Shown: piece after piece, positions 12,753 to 25,480 of the stretch
Position numbering within the stretch: position 1 is the stretch's first letter
Layout: every line of letters begins with the position of its first letter
Program-made: the position numbers and the translations under genes
Notes under the pieces: generated by a model
Database searches by the model: none
Told to the model about the DNA's origin: nothing
Seen by the model: the letters and a program-made list of their open reading frames with translations, nothing else
From: Callorhinchus milii
Taxonomy: Eukaryota
Length of the DNA: 64,000 nucleotides
Direction: 5' to 3'
Assembly (NCBI RefSeq): GCF_018977255.1
Contig: NW_024704743.1
Location: forward strand, 103,604,001-103,668,000

Positions 12753-13270
12753 TAACCAACCTGCAACCTTTGAATGCAGGATAGCGTCTCCAGCGCCGTA
12801 CAGTGTTGATGCTAAGCAAAGGAGAAGGGGGAGAGGGAGGTAAGCATAAGCAGTTGTAGAAGTAAATCTTAAAGTGGGATTTAAAGATAGATAAAAACAA
12901 GGAAAGGTGGAGGGATTGAGGCAGCCAGTTATCATATGGCATTGTAAAATTATTTTATAGATTTATAACATTATAGAGCTCTACAATAGCTCTATAGCTC
13001 TACCTTTACAATACTATACAATTTACATTTACACTGTGTCTTTCATGTAGAGAGGATATTCCAAAGTGCATTCATAATGCTGGATAGGCAACCAAACTGG
13101 GGATGAGAGCCCAGAGTGGAGGGATGGAGAGGGGAAAAATGACCAAAAACATGGTCAGAGAGATACTTTTTGAGATGTGCCTTCTAAGAAGGCAGGGAGG
13201 GAGCGAGTCAGAAGGACTCCAGGATGGAGTTGCAAAAAGCATGGGCAGAATGGGCAGAAAGCCTATCAAC
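12753..13270 (-). mobile_element. Two L2 3'-tail fragments
   Basis: Minus frames: SPSDSLPPCLLRRHISKSISLTMF and PQSLHLSLFLSIFKSHFKIYFY, both L2 3'-end like. Confidence 0.6.
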
Positions 13271-14179
13271 ATTTCTGATGGGAAGTAAGTGGAACATTCT
13301 GAAGGTGAAGTCTGAAGGTTCTCATTAACCAGCCAACAAACATATGTTTGCAGGATTTTGGTGTCGGTGATTTTGTTTGTACAGGATATGGTTAAGGTGG
13401 GGAGGTTTACTCTCCTCCATTCATAAATGCCCCTGTGTGTCTCTGTTCGAGTACCTTTATGACTATGTTTAAGTTAAATGTAAAAAAGGGAATGTAAGGT
13501 AAATGTAAAAAATAAGAGTTGCTATTATTCTTGATAAGTGTATTATTATGGATTGGCGTTTGATTTTAGTTAATTATTTTTGCACAAAGCTGCAGGGGAG
13601 TTGTTTAAAAGATCAATTAAATTGTAAGTAGCCTCTTAGCTCAGTGTGGTGGGGAGACCATCTGTCTCTGTGAAAAGTGTTCAGACAGAGGAGTTCTGAT
13701 TTGAGAAATTGTGAACAGAACGTGTTTTACAAGTTAAACAACTTGGAGGCCTTAGTCACTTGTATCTGCTTGTAGCTGTGTCTAATGCTAAAATTTATCC
13801 AGCAGGTTCTTCGCTTATATAAACTTCACAAATGTTTAATATTGTGGAAGTTTCACATTATGATGCGTCGTCAATGATAACAATTATTCTTTAGTCTTAT
13901 TGTTTATTATGTTGGCACTGGAAGTGTTGATTATTGCTGTGCCGTAAGGTTTCTCTAAGTATTTTAGTGCTGTCTGTGTCTATCAAATATAATCCAAGAT
14001 CTTCCAATGCTTCTGCTTCTCATTTAATGTGGAAGAGTTTTACTACAGCTAGTATGCATGTGAAACTGATTAGAAATCGCTTTAGACATTTGCTTTAATT
14101 TGATTTATATCCTGATAATGTGCAGACGAATACCACCAGGTTCAATGAGTATGAAATTGAAACTCCCCTGATGATTCGA

Positions 14180-14530
14180 TAAATTTACACGGTCTATTGC
14201 TGAGACGTACAGTCTGGGAGCGAACCAGTTTAATTCCTCGATCACAGGATGGTGTTGGGGTGCAGCAAGTGGCTTCAGCTACTCAGGTTTGGGAATGAAA
14301 AATCAGCCTGATTTTTATCCAGCGACACCTGTTGGTGGTTTGTGTGGATGTTGGTTGAGGAAAGGGCTAAACCCAGCAGCAATACCTCCACGATCAAATA
14401 GACTGTCAACATTCACTGTCAAGGCTCATATATGAATATTAGCTGTTTGGTGATGTTCCTGAAGGTAACTGGCATTTCTGGAATCATATATTCAGCAGAA
14501 GGAATAAAAGAATGAATTATCTTCAGGAGA
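14180..14530 (+). mobile_element. Ancient SINE-like repeat, second family (unassigned)
   Basis: gaaaaatcagcc..tatccagcgac..acattcactgtcaaggctca; related to 26095-26490, 22795-23005 and 17812-18060. Confidence 0.6.
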
Positions 14531-14659
14531 AGCAATAATAATAATCCTAAACCTTGCAATTGATATAGAGCCTTTCAGGAGGATGTGTCTCCAAGTGCTT
14601 CACATGATTTATTGTACACTGCAATGACTGGGTGTTTATGGATAAATGCAGCAGCCAAT

Positions 14660-15775
14660 CTGTTTTTTGGGGTCAGTCTGACACAGGCAGAAACTCATCA
14701 CCATGCTTACGCGTATCCAAACCAAACTGAGAATGCATAGATAGATTGTTGCAATGGAATGAGCACTCTCTCACTGGAAAGACATATCCTGCTTACCTAA
14801 TTTTGGAAAGTATTAGATGCAGGTTGGCAAAAGCCAAGGCTTGGGGACCCTACAGTGTGGGTTGGAGTACTGCTAGAATCTAGCTAAAACCACATAGCTT
14901 GGCATTGATAGCACACTCTGACAAGCTTTCCCGCTGTTTGTCTTGACAGTTTAATATAACTCAATCAAAGTCACAGGTGTGCTAGCAGCTTCTTTATTTT
15001 GTATTTCCAAACTCTCCATAAAGCACCACTCTACATCGTACACCTTTATCCCACTCCCAGTATCCTTTTATACTTCCTTTCACTGTCTCCTTGTCAATTG
15101 TCCAATTAATTGAGTATTAATAAACCCTCAAGGAAAAAAGAACAATAATAAAATTGGTTGCTTCAATCCACGACTGTTTGTGGGGCACTGATGTGTGCAA
15201 TTGGCTGCAGAGTTTTGCTATAAATATATAGTCAATTCACTTTACAGTATACTCTGTGAAGCTCTTTGAGACGTCTAGATGACGTGAAAAGCACTATATA
15301 AATTCCAGGGATTATTATTATTATTATTATTCAACAGCTAGGACCACCCTACTCATTAGGGCTTTGGCTTGTAGGGTTAACAGAAGCTGAGTGGAGGATT
15401 CCCTGCCCCCAGTGAATGGTCTGTCCTTCCAAGTCCCGCTGATGAGCCAGACTGGCTGTGCTGTCACCAGCAGTGCCCTGGAATACTGCAGACCAGCCTG
15501 GCTCAGGAACTGGGTGACCAAGTCTGCCGCAGAGGGCTGGTTCAATTGTGACACTCTGTTGCCAAACATGTCACCTTGGAGCCAGTTCAGCTCCAAGGAG
15601 AACCCATTTACCTCCCTCCTCCCAGGAAGATAGTCACTCATTGGTTATTTGACATCCGACAAGCGTGGGTTTCAGCCCTCACTAGGTGGACGGTAGATAA
15701 CAGGAACTCTCTACAAGCTTCCTGGTGGGCCATATAGCTCAGTATGAAATGCTTGAGAGCATTGCCACCATCTTC
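14660..15775 (-). repeat. Unclassified poly(A)-ended repeat, longest copy, split by inserts at about 14945-15330
   Basis: 15360-15775 aligns by eye with 49885-50297; 14680-14730 with 49820-49873 and 26815-26870. Confidence 0.7.
15127..15330 (+). mobile_element. Young SINE, 3' half
   Basis: caatccacgactgtttgtgg..gagacgtctagatgacgtgaaaagcactata, (TTA)n. Confidence 0.85.
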
Positions 15776-15834
15776 CTGTCTGTAGCTCGAACACAAATCC
15801 CTTCCCATTGAGCGATAGTTCCATCAGCAGGCAA

Positions 15835-16112
15835 TCTATGTACAGCATTGTCCTACAAATAGCCATGAAGTGAGTGACCAGTTTTATTTGGGGGGTTATT
15901 GAGCAGAACATCCTCCATTCTATTTTTTAAATGTGCCATAGGATCTCTTATGTTCACTTGTATAGACAGATAGGACCTCAGTTTAATGTCTCAGCTGAAG
16001 TACAATGTAGCCCTCCCCAGCATTATATTGGAGTGTCAACCTAGACTGTGTGAATCCAAAATCCCACAGCTTCTGACTCAGCGGTGATACCAACTGAACC
16101 AGGCTGACACCT
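15835..16112 (-). mobile_element. Old Deu-type SINE
   Basis: gtgccataggatctc, ctcagtttaatgtctca, ttctgactcag..accaactgaaccaggctgac. Confidence 0.7.
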
Positions 16113-16619
16113 GAAGGAAGAACGTTGGAGAAAAATAAATGAAAGCTAAGAAACTAAGCAGGCAGTTATGGAGACTAAAAAGTAATCAGAAAATGAATCA
16201 ATGTTAAGTTCATTAATATCACTCTCAGTGGTTTCACTTAAGTGATTTTAAGTAAGAAAAGACGGTTTACCATTTGCATTCAGAAACAGCAGATGATACG
16301 AATGAGAAGCCACACATTGTACATTGATAAGGCTGAAAAACAGTTCACCGATGTAAAGAGAAGCCAAACCTCGAATGTATTATTATTATTTCGCTGCTAA
16401 AGTCTGTGATTTTCATCAATGCAAAATATGCATTTCATGAATGATTGTGGGACGTTGCAGTGTGCAAATTAGCTGCCACATTCACCTATAAATGTACAAA
16501 TCATTTACGCTAAATCTTGCGAAATACCATCTTGCACTTTCAGCCATCCTCCTGACTTAGATGGCGTTGCAACAAATGTAAGGTTTGTATTATTCAATTT
16601 AGATATTTTTCATATCATT

Positions 16620-16810
16620 ACAAAAAAAATCAATTGGTCACTCAATCCAAAACTGTTTGTAGGACATTGCTGTGCGCAATTGGCTGCTGCATTTCACCCA
16701 CAAAATATACAGTCAATTCACTTTACCATACATTCTGTGAAGCGCCTTGAGATATCTCAAAGACGTAATAAGGCGCTATATCAAATGCAGGACTATTATT
16801 ATTATTACTT
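16620..16810 (+). mobile_element. Young SINE, 3' half
   Basis: ggacattgctgtgcgcaattggctgc..aggcgctatatcaaatgcagg(a/c)tattatt. Confidence 0.85.
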
Positions 16811-17811
16811 ATGATTCCAGTTTCATAAATTAGGACACAGAAAGTTTGATTCAGCATTGTAGACAGTAGTATCCTACTGATAAATCTGAAAACAATTTAG
16901 CACCAATTTTGAAGCCCAGACATTTTAACGTTCAATGGACATTACGCTTGGACAGAAGTGGAAGACGTTAAAATAAAATCCAGCTGATGAGTGCTGGATC
17001 ACAGCCAAATTATTGAAGCCTAGGAAGAAGGTACTTTCATTCCACTCTATCAAAAGCTTACAGAATTTCCTTGAGTTGTCATCTGTTTTTAATTTTAAAA
17101 AAACTACCTCATCTGAACTAAAAATGTTATTCAGAACATTTTCCGTCTTCTTAAGCCAACATTTTGCCAAGGTTTTATATGGATGAGAAAGTGTTCCATT
17201 CTATCAGTCGGAATCTGTGTTTATTCTGGGGCCCTGATTGGCAATTTAATTGGTAACTTGACTGCCAAAATCATTGGCGAGTCTATGTGTGAAAATCAAA
17301 ATCATTAATTCATGCATTTGAAATAACACTTAATGGTTGGCAACCAAGTGAGGTGTTCAAAACTAATACTGTTCTGGCAGGAGTCAATGCCCATGGAATA
17401 AGTAGATCTTACCAGTTCCAGGTGTTTATCATTTATGTGAAAGACTATCATAACTACTAGGCTATAGATTGTTTAAACTTTTTAAAGAAATGAGTAGCCC
17501 CATAACCACCAGTGAGGTCTCTTCACTTCAAAATATCAATGTCACTGAGTTTCATACCTACTCTGATTTCCCACCCGCATTGATATTTCACATCAGGGAA
17601 AATAAAGGCACTATCACATACTTGGCATAAACTGGTGTGTGTGCGTATGTGTGCATATATGTGTCTGTGTGTGTTTGAATGAACCTCCAATGACTGGATG
17701 GGAAGAGTCGGAAGCTACGATTGCCTCACATAACAACAATATTGTCTCAAATAACAACATCTGTTGGTTATTTCTTCCTATACAATCACAAAGTTCAATT
17801 CCATAAAATAT

Positions 17812-18060
17812 GTTTCCTCTCCCTACATTTTTCCCTCTCCTGAGGTCAGTGACTCATGTTGGTGGGAAAGCCCTGCATACACTGGCTCCTTGCTAGTACC
17901 TCATTCAATTGAGCATTGTTCATCTGTCAGCTTAGTCAGCGAAAGCTGGCCGACCATTCAGCCAATGGTGCCTCCATTTCTGTCCCAAATGAGATCAGGT
18001 AACCAAGCATAGACCAGTGATTTAATCAGGAACAATCCTGGTTTACACGAGTTAGTATTA
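17812..18060 (-). mobile_element. Ancient SINE-like repeat, second family
   Basis: Reverse complement resembles the 3' part of 26095-26490. Confidence 0.45.
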
Positions 18061-18099
18061 CAACATTAGCTTGTGTCAGGCCTTGACAACATCAATCTA

Positions 18100-18605
18100 C
18101 ATGGATGCACACACCACCTCACAGAGCCAGTATGGAACCTTGCTGTCTTACTCAATTCTCAACTGTGCTTTGAACCCAATATCCCTTGACCTGTTGAGCT
18201 TTACTCCACCTCCAAGACATTGTCTGCCTCAGCCACTACTTCTCTGCTTGGGCCAGTATTCTTACCCCTGTGACCTTCTAAAACCCTACTAACCTGCCTG
18301 CTCCCTAGCCTGCTTCACGTCCCGCGCCTGACCCTCCCCCCATCAGCAGAAAGGACTTCAGCCTTTCTGCCCCCACTCTCTGGAACTCCATCCCAGAGTC
18401 CCTTCGCCTTGCCCTTCCCTCTCATCCTTCAAGATCCATCTCAAGACCTTCATCTTTCATCATGCCTTTCCCATCCACACCTCTCTTGGCCCCCATCCTT
18501 CCCAAATCCGGTCCCCAGCTCATGTGCAAACCTCAGCTGTCCAGTGCCTTGGGATATCCTACCAATGTAAAAGACACTATATAAATGGAATTTGTTGTTG
18601 TTGTA
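18100..18605 (+). mobile_element. L2 3' end
   Basis: ttcagcctttctgcccccactctctggaactccatccc (FSLSAPTLWNSIP), tccttcaagatccatctcaagacc, (GTT)n tail. Confidence 0.85.
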
Positions 18606-19289
18606 ATTTTCCTACAAAATGTATATTCAATACACTTTACAGTATATCGTGTGAAGCATTTTGAGGCATCCTCCTGACATGAAAGGCACTATACCAAATG
18701 TGAGGATGTAACATAATTATTTTATTTGTTACATTTATCTGCAAAGTAATCTGAAGTCCCTGTAAAAACGATTTTACAAGATTGGTTTGGATGAAGACTC
18801 ATTCAACCCATCCAATCTCATCCTTCCAGAACATCCACCCTCCTATCACCCCAATCACAGCATCAAACTCCTTTTGTGGTATATTGGGCTTATTTCATTC
18901 ATTAGAAGACCTCATAAATAATTTATTTATATCTGACTAATTGTTCACACTTCAGGAATAAACTGACGCAGAGCAACTGGTACGATTGTCTTTATTTTAT
19001 CTTTTATTATCTTTTTTTTTTCCTCGGGTAGCATTTAGCACACATCTGGAATATTGTCATTACATGAGAAAGCAATCTAAGTTATTTCCCATTCTATTTG
19101 ATCAAATAAGAAGACAGTGAATATCTTGAAACGTGTTACATAAGAACATCCTTGTCTTGTAATTTTTGTACCTTGATTCAAACTACGATGTTGCAATGTT
19201 CATTACTCTAGGGGATTGTTGAACAGAAGATCCCTGTAAGCCATTCTACCAGCATGGTCCTAAATTGCTTGGCTGGCAAAGCGCTCTAT

Positions 19290-19460
19290 AATGTTGCACT
19301 GCGCAATTGGCTGCCGGGTTTCACCCACAAAGTATACAGTCAATTCACTTTTTACAGTATATTCTATGAAGCTCTTTGAGACATCTCAACAAGATAAGGC
19401 ATGATATACACAATGAGACGTGTATATAAAATGCAAGGATTATTATTATTTATTATTATT
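19290..19460 (+). mobile_element. SINE 3' tail
   Basis: gcgcaattggctgcc..caattcacttt..aaatgcaaggattattatt. Confidence 0.75.
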
Positions 19461-21354
19461 TTCTTATTGAGCCCAAATTCTACCGATGTGGGTCCCAGCG
19501 CAGGAATTGAAATTGTACCCATGGAATCACGGGGAAGCAAATAAAGAACGATTTCTTGAAGACAAATTAGAAATAAAGCAAAGTAAATACTGTTGATTCT
19601 AAACAAAAAATAATAGACTTTAAAAGAGTCTATTATTTCTTGTTTACAAAACAGAAAAGGTAGAGAAAAGGAGGAGAAAAAACGAGGTGCAAAGAAGCAA
19701 AGGATTTCACAGTTTTTACTCAACATTTTCACAAAGTGTTTAATTTTTAGTAATGTGATGTAATACTAATGCCAGATCAATAAATATACTTCTAAAAACA
19801 AAGCAGGTAGGGGTCCAATGGCAAAAAAAAAGTCTTTATAATAGTAAAATAGTCTTTATAATAGAATTTCCTGTTGTAAAGATTTAGCGGAAAAGATGGC
19901 TATTTTTAGCTTTCAGCGTTAGTTACATTAAACCCTATTGTTCCAGTAATATTAAAGACTTTTTCAGTGTCACGGTGCGTGAGATGAAATCTCGTAAAAA
20001 ACTGTCTGTCCCAGGAAGCACAGAATATCCTGGAGCTACTGGCATTGTAAGGAATAATAGTTCCCATTTATCATCTTTAACATAATAGAAAATTACCATA
20101 ACCAATTGTGTCATGTTTGCATAATTCAGTTCCAGTGTGGGGTTAAGTTTACCTACAGTAAGCACAGGCAGGGATATTCAATTGGAACCAACTAGGTGGA
20201 ATGTTCCCCACAGTACTGAGTTCAGATATTTCTTAGCATCGTTATTGTTATCCTTGTTTTAACTGGTGGATTCTGTAAGAGGCCTGTTCCAGTGGTTAAA
20301 ATAAATACAAAGCAGAGCAGCTTGAGGCAATTGTTAATCCTTTACGGTGTCTGATCAGAGTTTCCTCTTTCAAGCTCTTGTATCAGTTGGTTCACAAAGT
20401 GCCTAGCTTCTTTTGGAACAGTGAACACAGTGTATGAATATTTTTCTTGTGAGTAATTTTGAAATTTAGCCAAATGTAATGCCAGCTCCCCTCAAGGATT
20501 TTGTTTTCAGATGGTTGAATCGATGTCTCATGATAATCAATTTCTCCGTGAAATCCAGGTAAAATTATACCTTATTGTTCCAGCATTATTAGGGTCTTTC
20601 TCTTTTACTGATTTTGAAATGTGTTTCTTTGGGGGGAGGGAATTGCAACAACTAAATCGCCATTATTTAAAGAAACCGGATACTTGAAACATTAGCTCTC
20701 TCCAGCTTTAGTGGTGATTTAAACTGAACATACAAACACTGGGGAATGAAGATTGATATGAAGGATCCTGGATCAGTACTTCCAGCTCCCTCTGGTATTG
20801 CAATGCACCAGATTTCAATCTGTCAACACCTATTGAATGGATCTTTTATTTAAGGCTCAGTTTTCCTGCCAGCAATTCTGTCTCACTGCACTATTTTCCA
20901 GTTTTATACTGGATCCTTTTAGCCATTTTATGGTGCTGCTCCTGTAAAATATGTCGAGTTCAATCTAATGATCAAAATTCATTGTTACAGGCTGAAAATA
21001 GCCATGGAATTTGTGCAATTGTAGTTATTCATCCCACAAAGATCCTCTTGCTTTGCTGGCAGGTCCTGGCATATTCCATGCCCTGGGCAAACCAATTTCT
21101 TTTTTTTAAAGAAAGCAAAAGAATTTAGCTTACACACTGAGTTATTGAAACAAAATTAATATTCCAATAACAAAGCTATTCGAAAGTCAGATGTAGCTTT
21201 ATTACTAAAATTTTAACTTTACAAAACTAAACCTAATAGCAAACAAATGAATTGTCAAACATATTATTTCCTCTCATTCTGCCTTCCTCCTTTTCCCTAA
21301 TTCTCTCCTGCTCCTCTTTTCCTCATATTTCCTTTATTTTAATGTTTTTCTTTC

Positions 21355-22040
21355 AATAGTAATGCTTCCATTTGATACAGCATCCGAAGGGATGTCTCAA
21401 AAGTGCTTCACAGGTTTTATTGTATAGTGCAGTGACAATGTATTTGCACACAGCAATTTCCCACAAATAGCAGCAGAGTGAATCAACAATTTTATCTGGG
21501 GTTCTAGGGCCAGGACACCAGGAGAAACTCGCTGTTCTTTTCGAATAGCAGCAACAACTTGCATTTAATATAGTGTCCCTCACACAGAGTAGCATCCCAG
21601 AGCACTTAATAGTAATAATAATAATCCTTGCATTTGATATAGTGCTTTTCACGTCTTCTCGATGTATCAAAGTGCTTCACAGAATAGACTGTAAAGTAAT
21701 TGACCATATATTTGTGGGCGAAACACGGCAGCCAATTGCACACAGCAGTGTCCCACAAACAGTCGTGGATTGAAAATGATCAATTTATTATTATTTTTGT
21801 TTTTTGGAGGCGTAATAATATTATTATTATGCGTGTGGACTAAGGAAACTTGCCCAAGGTTTCGCCCTGCCTGGAATCGAACCCAGGTGTCTGCATGCAA
21901 GGTGAGTGCTCTAACCACTGAGCTGCAGGACTCCACATAGTGCCTTGGGATCTTTGATATCCAATGAACAAGCAGACCTTGAATCCATGTATTTCTGCCT
22001 CAGAGGCGTGAGTGCTACCAGTTAAGCCAGACTGATACCC
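21355..22040 (-). mobile_element. Old Deu-type SINE with a nested L2 tail (21549-21608) and a full-length young SINE (21613-21936)
   Basis: Host reads ..ttcgaatag / atagtgccttgggatc across the inserts; the young SINE has A and B boxes and a (TTA)n tail. Confidence 0.85.
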
Positions 22041-22794
22041 AACAATCTTTTTCAACTGTGACATCCTATTTTACCTTTCCCATCCATGGTGCAGAAACAG
22101 TTCAGATTGTGATTCCTCACTTATTCATTTGTTTCAGTATTGCCTTTTCTTAGAAACTAAATTCCAGTGAAATACTACTTACTCGTTCTTTTTCCTCTCA
22201 TATTTCAGTCTTGGACACAAGCAATCAGAGAAGAGGTCTGGGGAGAGTGCTCAAAACCTTGTGTGAAGCACTCGATATGGGCTAGGAACCATTTCTGGTC
22301 TTAAAATAAATTGATGGAATTATCAATTCTTCTTGATCATTAGAAATTCAACTTTCCCCAACCTGCACCAGCTCAGGCTCTCAGACAACTGTGTGAAGTA
22401 CTTTGAGATGTCCTCCCAAAGTGAAAGGCACAATTATCAATGCAAATTGTTGTTTTTGTTGCTTTTCCCTCCTCTCCTTCTCTCCATAAGGCATCTGATT
22501 CCTTTATCCTTAGAATAATCTTTGGATTATTGGAGTGCCTGTAACATCAAAATATCTTAATGTGCCCAAGCGTATCGGGTGTACTGTCTATGTATTTGTA
22601 CTCATATGCAGAAGTTAATATGCACACAGCAAGGTCCCAGCAAATCTATGAAGTAAATGTATCAATGTACTTAGAGACAAGAGTGCCACTAAATGAGACC
22701 TGCATTACTGAGGTACAGTATGAACTTTGATAATGAGTGAGTTTTGAGTGAGTGTTGGCCAACTAATCAACCACATGGAGCCTAGCAGATTTGT

Positions 22795-23005
22795 CTTTAC
22801 CTAATATCAATACATGTACATCTGCCAGCCAGGGACTCTGGATAGGTATCAGAACACTGGGCTGATTTCCCTTTCCTAACCCAGTGGTGCTGAAGCCAAT
22901 TGTAACACCCCAAATGTTGCCCTAGCTGAGATCAATTAACTCGTGATTAGGACCTGGGACTTTCTGTTCTATACGGTTCACTAGGCGTCTTTCCCACTAG
23001 GCCCT
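22795..23005 (-). mobile_element. Ancient SINE-like repeat, second family, 5' part
   Basis: ctggatag..ggctgatttccctttcctaaccc..ctgaagccaattgta is the reverse complement of the motif at 14270-14325. Confidence 0.55.
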
Positions 23006-23249
23006 TTGAAAGCAGTTTCAAATCTCACTCAGCACAGGGGTTGCAGTTATAGAGCAGCCAATGCGCAGCATTAGTGGTACAAAATCTCTTTAGCTTTCAA
23101 ACTTCCAAAATCTAATGTTTCATAACAGACTTAATAATAGAAAAAAGCTTGTGACCCACAGCGATTTCGAACCTCTTGTTCTCTGGGTTGTGTCTCAAAA
23201 TGTTATCTGATCACTGATGTCAACTTTACTTTTAAATACCAATCACTAC

Positions 23250-24191
23250 ACAACAACAACTTAATAATAATAATAATAAATAATAATAAACAACTTGTAT
23301 TTATATAGCACCTCCACCCACGGTAGCGTCTCAGAGCGCTTAACGGTGGTGGAGCCCGACTCCAAGCCAGGGTGGGGAGGTGACTGTGAGCACGGTCGAA
23401 AAGGAAGGTTTTCAGGTGGGGATTGAAAAAGGGGAGAGAGGGGGCAAGGCGGAGGGATTGAGGTAGAGTGTTCCAGAGTTTCATGGTAGTGGTTGAAAGC
23501 GCGACCTCCGATGGTGGGGCAAAGGGTGTAAGGGACTAGCAGGATGCTGGTGCCAGTCGAACGGAGGTGCCGGGTAGTGGATTGGGGAGTGAGGAGATCG
23601 GAGAGGTAAGGACATGCCAGAGAGTGAAAGGATTTGAATACGAGCATGAGGATCTTGAAGTCTATCTGCTTGGTAATGGGGAGCCAGTGGAGCGAGGAGT
23701 ATGTTTGAGTAATCCAGGTGGGAGGTGACAAACGCATGCATGAGGGTGTCGGCTGCATTTGAGGTAAGGTACGGTCAGAGGCGGGCAATGTAGTAGAGGT
23801 GGAAGAAGGCCATCCGACTGGATGTGGGGGAGAAGGACAGCTGGGGGTCGAACAGGATGCCTAGATAGTGCACTGTTTCGGTGAGTGTGAGGGAGAGCCC
23901 AGGGTGGTTGAGGAGTTCAGATCCGCAGGAGTGAAGATGTTGACGGGAGCCAAGGAGTATGACTTCCATCTTGTACACATTCAGCTGCAAGAAGTTTGCA
24001 CTCATCCAAGCCCTGATGTCTGTCAGACAAGCTGATAGAACATCAGCAGACCTGGCGTTGGTACTGGAGGAGGCAAAGTAGATTTGTGTGTCATCCGCAT
24101 ATATGTGGAAGTTTACCCCATGTCTGCGGATGATATTGTCCAGAGGGAGCAAATAGATAAGGAAAAGAAGAGGGCCAAGGGTGGAATCCTG
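23250..24191 (-). mobile_element. L2 LINE relic retaining the RT catalytic motif
   Basis: STLGPLLFL, HGVNFHIYADDTQIY, WMSANFLQLN, LGILFDPQLSF, LHWLPITKQIDFKIL; frameshifts and an internal deletion. Confidence 0.95.
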
Positions 24192-25034
24192 TATTCGTCA
24201 TTTCAGGGTACTCTTCAATTAAAACAAGAATGAAAAAGTTTTCATATTATTTTCGAAGTTATAAATCAGTTATAAATATTAAATCCCAATAAGAAATGAA
24301 TCCAGCCCGTCCTGACATTTTTAGTTTCCTAAATATGCATCCCTTTCTTTGTGTCATTTATGCAGGCATTACTTATGCAAATTTCTACTGATGCATGTTA
24401 CGAAGCAAATTCACAGAAACCTACAGAATTCACAGAATGTTTCTTCATTCCTAATATGGCCAAGTAAAATAATCCTGTAAAAAAGGAACTCGGTTGTCAT
24501 AATAATGTAATACTCACTCAGAGTGTTCCATTGATTCCTAGATAGTAATGTCTGGGCATTGTCAGCCAAGCTCAAGCAAAGTGCCTTTTTCTTGCTTTTT
24601 CACGGTTAAGTAGTCTTTTCATGTTAAGCAATTCTTTGTCGCAGTGTTATCCCTCTCTCATGTCTGGATCTGGAGCGTATGTTAATCCTACTCCTTAATA
24701 ACTATCAATTCTCCCATCAACAATTTGCACTTGTATAGCGCCTTTCATTTAGGATGAACATCTGGATGTACTTCACAGATAATAAACCCTTAAGCAGAGA
24801 TTTAAGCATGTTGACCAAAGCACAATCAAATGGATTTTTTTTTAAAAAAGAGGTTTGAAATTAGAGAGAGCAGACGCAAGGCAAAGTTTTTTGAAACTTG
24901 GAAAAATAATTTTAACATGTATTTGTTTTTACTGAAATTCTCTTTGGAACAATCTAGAAATTGTTCCATTTTTAAAATGAAGGCCTGTCACAATTACTTA
25001 AATACTGGAGAATGAGAAATGCTACTTCTGATGT

Positions 25035-25480
25035 GACAATTATCTTGCATTTGATATAATGCCTTTCATATTGGAAGGATGTCTCAAAGAGCTTCACATG
25101 ATTTACTACAGAGTGTCTCTTTTCAAATCGTGCCGTGAGATTTTTAATATCCACCAAACAGGGAGACAGGAACTCAGTTTGACATGTCATCTGAAGGATG
25201 GTACCTCCAACAAAACTTTGTCAGCCAGGACAGTGAGTTAAAAATTCTGATGTGGGACTTGAACCAACAACCTTATGACTCAAAGAAACAACAACAACTT
25301 TCACTTATATAGTGCCCTTCACACAGGCTAGCGTCCCAGAGCACTTGACAGTGGTGAAGCATGACGCTAAGCCATGGGGAGAGTTGGGGTGACCGTAGGT
25401 ACATGGAGGTACAGAATTTAGTATGGGTGAGTATGCTTCGCAGCAAAATTGCTACCAACTGAGCTAGGCTAACACCCTGA
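25035..25480 (-). mobile_element. Old Deu-type SINE with an L2 tail inserted at about 25283-25440
   Basis: gggacttgaacc..tgactca / gctaccaactgagc split by acaacaacaactttcacttatatagtgccc. Confidence 0.7.

Noticed and set aside
15440..15462. CTGATGA followed by the GCCAG/CTGGC stem
   Set aside because: No GAAA after the stem, and the motif is not conserved in the 49965 copy
16978..16999. CTGATGAG inside a small hairpin (hammerhead-like)
   Set aside because: No helix II followed by GAAA; core incomplete
16925..17170. 81-aa minus-strand ORF in unique sequence
   Set aside because: No recognisable domain, non-ATG start and no convincing splice sites
23261..24152. Long ORFs (175 and 125 aa) as host genes
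   Set aside because: Frameshifted L2 reverse-transcriptase remnants
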